DNA of 64,000 bases from Azolla caroliniana (lineage: Eukaryota; Plantae; Polypodiophyta). The DNA lies in assembly GCA_043228905.1 (NCBI GenBank), contig JBHGNT010000006.1:17360001-17424000 (forward strand), in the 5' to 3' direction. Under the pieces are notes generated by a model that was not told the origin of the DNA, did no database searches, and saw only the letters and a program-made list of their open reading frames with translations. Of the stretch, positions 59,572-64,000 are shown piece after piece (the stretch's first letter is position 1; the number at the start of each line of letters is the position of its first letter). The position numbers and the translations under genes are program-made.

Positions 59572-62449
59572 CCATTATGGCGTCACCCGAACTTGAACCT
59601 TGAACCTTGTAATCCATACTTGAAAACCTCAACCATTAAGATAGGTTATTGTTATATGAAACAATAAAAGCTACTTCTTGTATTACATTGATTTTTGTAA
59701 AAACTCTAGATTATTCTAGAATGTTCTAGAATGTCCTAGAGCATTCTAGGTCTAAAACATTCTAGAACATTCTAGAAATCTCTAAGCTATTCTATAGGAA
59801 CCTATAAATAAGGGCATACATGTATTCTCAAATCAATTCGAATCAACACCAGTCTTTAGCTCTCATTACATATCTTGTATCCATTCTCTTTCTTTCTCTA
59901 TCTTATACATCCATTTTTCTCTTAGTATTTGGTTCCTTTCTTCTCGTGTTCTCTAATATCCTTCTTCCATCACTCTATCTTTTATCCTTGGTTCTGACAA
60001 GTTTAGCGTCTTAGTTTGCCCCACTCTTTAATAGCCCGCATCAAAAATCCTCTCGGCTCTCCCCTTTGAGGTAGGCTCGATTGCGCTCATGGTTGGGCCT
60101 CACCAGAAGGAATTGAACCGAATGCTTCCCATCTGGGCTCTTGACCCTCACATATGCCGACCCGTTGTCTAGCACCATCGTCTCCATGCAAGCCGTCATG
60201 ATGTATGGTCCACCGAAGATGATCGGGTGCAATGACGTCTCTTGAACAAACAAATGTTGATCGATTTCTATGTCCCCCACCTTCACCCGTACATTCGGGC
60301 AAGCCCCGTATAGCTCCTTGGTTGCTCGGGTCGCCGCTCTAATCTTCCACCCGTGCTTCATGTTGATCGACCACTTTCCCTTTTTATAAAAGTCCATGGA
60401 CATAAGGTTGATCTCAGACCCATGGTCGATCAATGCTACAATCGGCTCTTTTACATCTTCGACCCGTACCGATGTCTTCGTTGTTGCTCTCGCCCAATGC
60501 GGCCTCGTGTAGTGATTGTCCGCATAGTCTTCCTCGGGCACCTCAATTGACAATGCATTTACAATCGCGGGCTTTGCCACTTCTTGCTCCATCGAGAGCC
60601 TCTTCCTCTTCATTAGGTCGATGATGACCTCGTAGAATTCTTTCTTGGCAATTCCGAGGACCTCTCGTAGAATAAACTCTACGCGACTATCGAGGATCCT
60701 TTCCTCCACTACCTTCTTCAAGTCTGTTGCTTGTTCGATCTCCGATCAAACCTTGAAGTTGGGGGGGTTCCATTTCTCTTTCCATCTTTCATCGTGAGCT
60801 TGAGACTGGTTCGGCTCTTCCCTTCTTTGTCCACCTCGAGTGTCATATTTCTTTGATGGACCGGCTCCCTCGTCATTTCCTACCTTCTTCTCTTCTACCA
60901 TTACTTCATAGTTTTGGTAGGTGACTTCCACTAAGCCTGTCTTTTCTTCCACCGGATCCTTCCACCCGATTTCTTCTTGGACCCTTCTTTCCGCTTCGTC
61001 CACTTATTCTCTTTTGAACTTTCCCCTAAAGAGGCTTCCAAGGATTAACAGCCAAAAGTCAAACTCTTCTCCTCTTGCCTCCTCACCTCTTTCCCCACTC
61101 GGATCCCAGTTGACACCGAGTAGTGAACGGCTTCAACATGTCGTGCTTCGGCCTCCTCCATTAGCCTTCTCATGCCCCCTCGGCCTTGATTCAATCCCAA
61201 GGGGCGCCTTATCTCCGTCGAATAAACCCTATTGTTCCAAAGATAGACAATATCCCTTCTTAGGGCCTCTTGAAAGTCTCCACACTCCCTTCATAGGTGG
61301 TCGGGATTGTCGCACCACGTACATCTTTGCGCAAATAGGGGACGTCGATCTTGAGGGCCCCCACTCTCTCTCCTAGCTTGTGCTATTTGGAGATCTCGTC
61401 TATTAGCGACCCTCCAGACGGTGCTTCAACCACATTTCTCTCGGGGACGAACCTTGTATTTGCTTGCTCTCTGTCTTGAGGTGCTCTCTGTCTCTCTGTC
61501 TTGAGGCGTTCATGTGTCTCACTAATGGAGCCTGTGGATGTTTGGCCGCTCAACGGAGACCCGTCGTTCCATTCCCTTCTCTTATCGAAGCGACTACAAA
61601 CCTGTTTTACCATAGCCCAAATCATAGTGAGCCCATCATCAATTTTGAGGAGGAGCCCCACCTTCTCTTGGTCTTGTGCATCAACAACTTTTATGAATAG
61701 TAGGACCTTGCTTGTGTCAAGCACCGTCCTATAGAGAGCCGATTGTCGCATGAAGCGTTTCTCAAATTCTTGTAGAAGTGCCATAGTATTTCTCCCCTTG
61801 CCGGGAAGCTCAACCCACTCCACTAGATCCCTTTTCGAAATTCTTAGAACTCCTCCCAATTGCAACAGTCCGCTTGGATCTCGAGTACCTCTGTGTGGAT
61901 ACTTGGCGTTACCACTCTAGCGAATCCGGTTAGCCACCTATCTTCGGGGACGTTTCACATAAACATTTCGGCCTTATAGGCATCCGAGTAGCTCGTGGTA
62001 TCTCTTCTGTTTAACCGACCCGTTGCGCTGACCACTGTCTCTATGGCCCGGTCTAGGTCGATGATGCCTTCTCGGGCATTTACCAAGCAGTCCACCGCCG
62101 CCACCATCGCTTCAACGAGTTCTCCTCCTCACATTTTGGATCTCCCTTGCCGTCCTTTCACGTCGGGCTCACCAATTTATGTCGGGAAGTTTCGCGCTTG
62201 TCTGTTACTTAGGCTGGAGCACGGGGGTCATGGACAAGGGAGTATGAAGGGATAGAGAAGACCCCAGGTTTGCTTTACGACAATACTAATTCCCGACCCC
62301 TTCCTATGCAAAGGCTCGTTACCCCTTTTGTGGGGCCGATGGCTTTCGTTGATCACGACTCGTCGAGTTTTCGAGATCACCGCACGAGCCAAGTGATCAA
62401 ACTGGTACAAGAAAAGATGAGCATGCAAGATGAACACACAAGGGGATGA

Positions 62450-63390
62450 TAACACAAACACGAATGCTCGTACTTCTTTATGAGGAGGACAGGTGCATGG
62501 ACATGCCCGAACGCTCCCTTGTCACAAGACGTTGAACGTACAAGCAAAGGGACGAGAATAAAAACACGAATGTTCGTACATCTTTATGAGGAGAAGAGGT
62601 GCATGGGCATGCCTGAATGCTCCCTTGTCACAAGACGTCGAACGTACAAGGAGGACACAAAACACACGCGCTAATGTTGGTTCACCTTCATGAGGAGGAG
62701 AGGTGCATGGGCAAGTTCGAACACTCCCTTGTCACAAGACGACCGAACGTACAAGGAAGACACAAACACACGCACAAATGCTCGTACATCTTTATGAGGA
62801 GGAGAAGTGCATGGGCACGCCCGAAATGCTCCCTCATCACAAGAAGGCCGAATGTACAAGGAAGACACAAACACACACATAAAAGGCTCGTACGCCTTTA
62901 TGAGGAGGAGAGGTGCATGGGCACGCCCGAAACGCTCCCTCGTCACAAGAGGACCGAACGTACAAGGAAGACAGAAACACACACACAAATGCTCGTACCC
63001 CTTTATGCGGTGGAGAGGTAAATGGGCACGCCTAAAACGCTCCCTTGTCACAAGACGGCCGAACGTACAAGGAACACACAAGCACACGTACAAAATGCGC
63101 GTACGCCTTTATGAGGAAGAGAGGTGCATGGGCATGCCCGAAACGCTCCCTCATGACAAGATGACCGAACATACAAGGAAGACACAAACACGCAAAAATG
63201 CTCGTACGCCTTTATGAGGAGGAGAGGTGCATGGGCACACCCGAAACACTCCCTCGTCACAAGATGGCCGAACGTACAAGGAAGACACAAACACAAGCAC
63301 AAATGCTCGTACGCCTTTATGAGGAGGAAAGGTGCATGTGCATGCCCTAAATGCTCCCTCGTCACAAGATGGCGGAACGTACAAGGGGAC
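62450..63390. repeat. ~105-bp tandem repeat in the LTR, 9 units
   Basis: Anchors at 62480, 62586, 62690, 62794, 62900, 63005, 63111, 63214 and 63319. Confidence 0.95.
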
Positions 63391-64000
63391 GAGAACAAAA
63401 AAAAAAGTACAAAACACAGATGATATTGGCTAAAGAAATAAATATGTGTTCGATTCCAACACAAGAGGGCCCTTCATAAAATAGGGTTTGATTACAATGT
63501 GGCAACTTCTAGTTAACCACAAGCTCAACAAAACATAGATACTAAATGCCCTTAGAGACAAAAACAAATCCGAACATGGCGCACAAACATGATGAAGACG
63601 AACAAACGAGCACTACAAAAATGCCAACCCCAACGAACCACGACCACCCGAATGGCGAGCACATGGGCTCGTAATGACGAACTGGGGAAAGCAACATCGA
63701 ACCAACGAAGCTCGGGTTCACGAGCACCGTAAATGAACACTTCGAGTGCCAACACAAAGAAGACGAGCACGTGGCGCTGTGGGGATGAAGGAGTATGAGA
63801 TGAAGAGAAATGGTGAAGATGAAGATGAAAAGCTCCGAAGGAAAAATGGCGATAGTCTCCTCCTCCTAAAACGTCCTCCCAAATGAGCCCCCCTCGACCT
63901 CCTTTTATAGGAAAAAAGGAAGGGGGTTTGCCAATTTGGTCTTCAATGCAAAAGGAATAAAATTCCTTAAATCACACTGCATTGTAAGACCGGATTTGAA

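Larger units (their letters stand above)
54258..59999 (+). mobile_element. Full-length chromovirus (Tcn1-like Ty3/Gypsy); LTRs at 54258-54691 and 59556-59999
   Basis: TG...CA LTRs; TSD GGTTT/AGTTT; PPT GAAGGAGGGATAG; PEG10/RTL1-like gag (PKISLPAKFDGSR), PR LLDTRAN, RT, RH, IN, C-terminal chromodomain. Confidence 0.96.
49227..64000 (-). mobile_element. Degenerate Trp-primed Ty3/Gypsy (copy B): 3' LTR 49227-50886, IN/RH/RT 50946-54257, PR-gag 60041-62150, PBS ~62157-62174, 5' LTR from 62180 past the window end
   Basis: Proteins align with copy A throughout; PBS TGGTGAGCCCGACGTGAA; PPT GATGGGGGTAGA; many stops and frameshifts. Confidence 0.93.

Noticed and set aside
62450-63390. CRISPR-like array or a 35-aa repeat protein
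   Set aside because: Units are contiguous with no unique spacers, the context is a eukaryotic LTR, and the periodic ORFs arise because 105 is divisible by 3; they are broken by indels.

Overview
Eukaryotic, plant-type sequence, most likely a moss or other bryophyte (inferred from the retroelement lineages present). About 85-90% is nested LTR retrotransposons. The only host gene is an intronless alpha-expansin, present twice (3476-4279 and 46072-46875, minus strand) inside a ~7.3 kb direct segmental duplication offset by ~42.6 kb. Retroelements include at least five tRNA-Trp-primed Ty3/Gypsy copies (two with pol, two gag-only, one window-truncated), a 10.1 kb Athila-like Ty3/Gypsy with a large extra ORF plus a partial second copy, a Tcn1-like chromovirus, several Ty1/Copia pieces, solo LTRs and a LINE fragment. 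Best leads: (1) the Athila-like family has an inverted second tRNA-Arg primer-binding site where the polypurine tract should be; (2) a conserved -1 frameshift site lies between protease and RT in the Trp-primed family; (3) antisense tRNA-like A/B-box modules sit in the LTRs of two unrelated families; (4) the chromovirus shows Tf1-like self-priming plus heat-shock elements; (5) a sharply bounded near-identical tract surrounds the duplicated expansin. All alignments and mismatch counts were done by eye and are approximate; family and tRNA assignments are from recall, not database searches.
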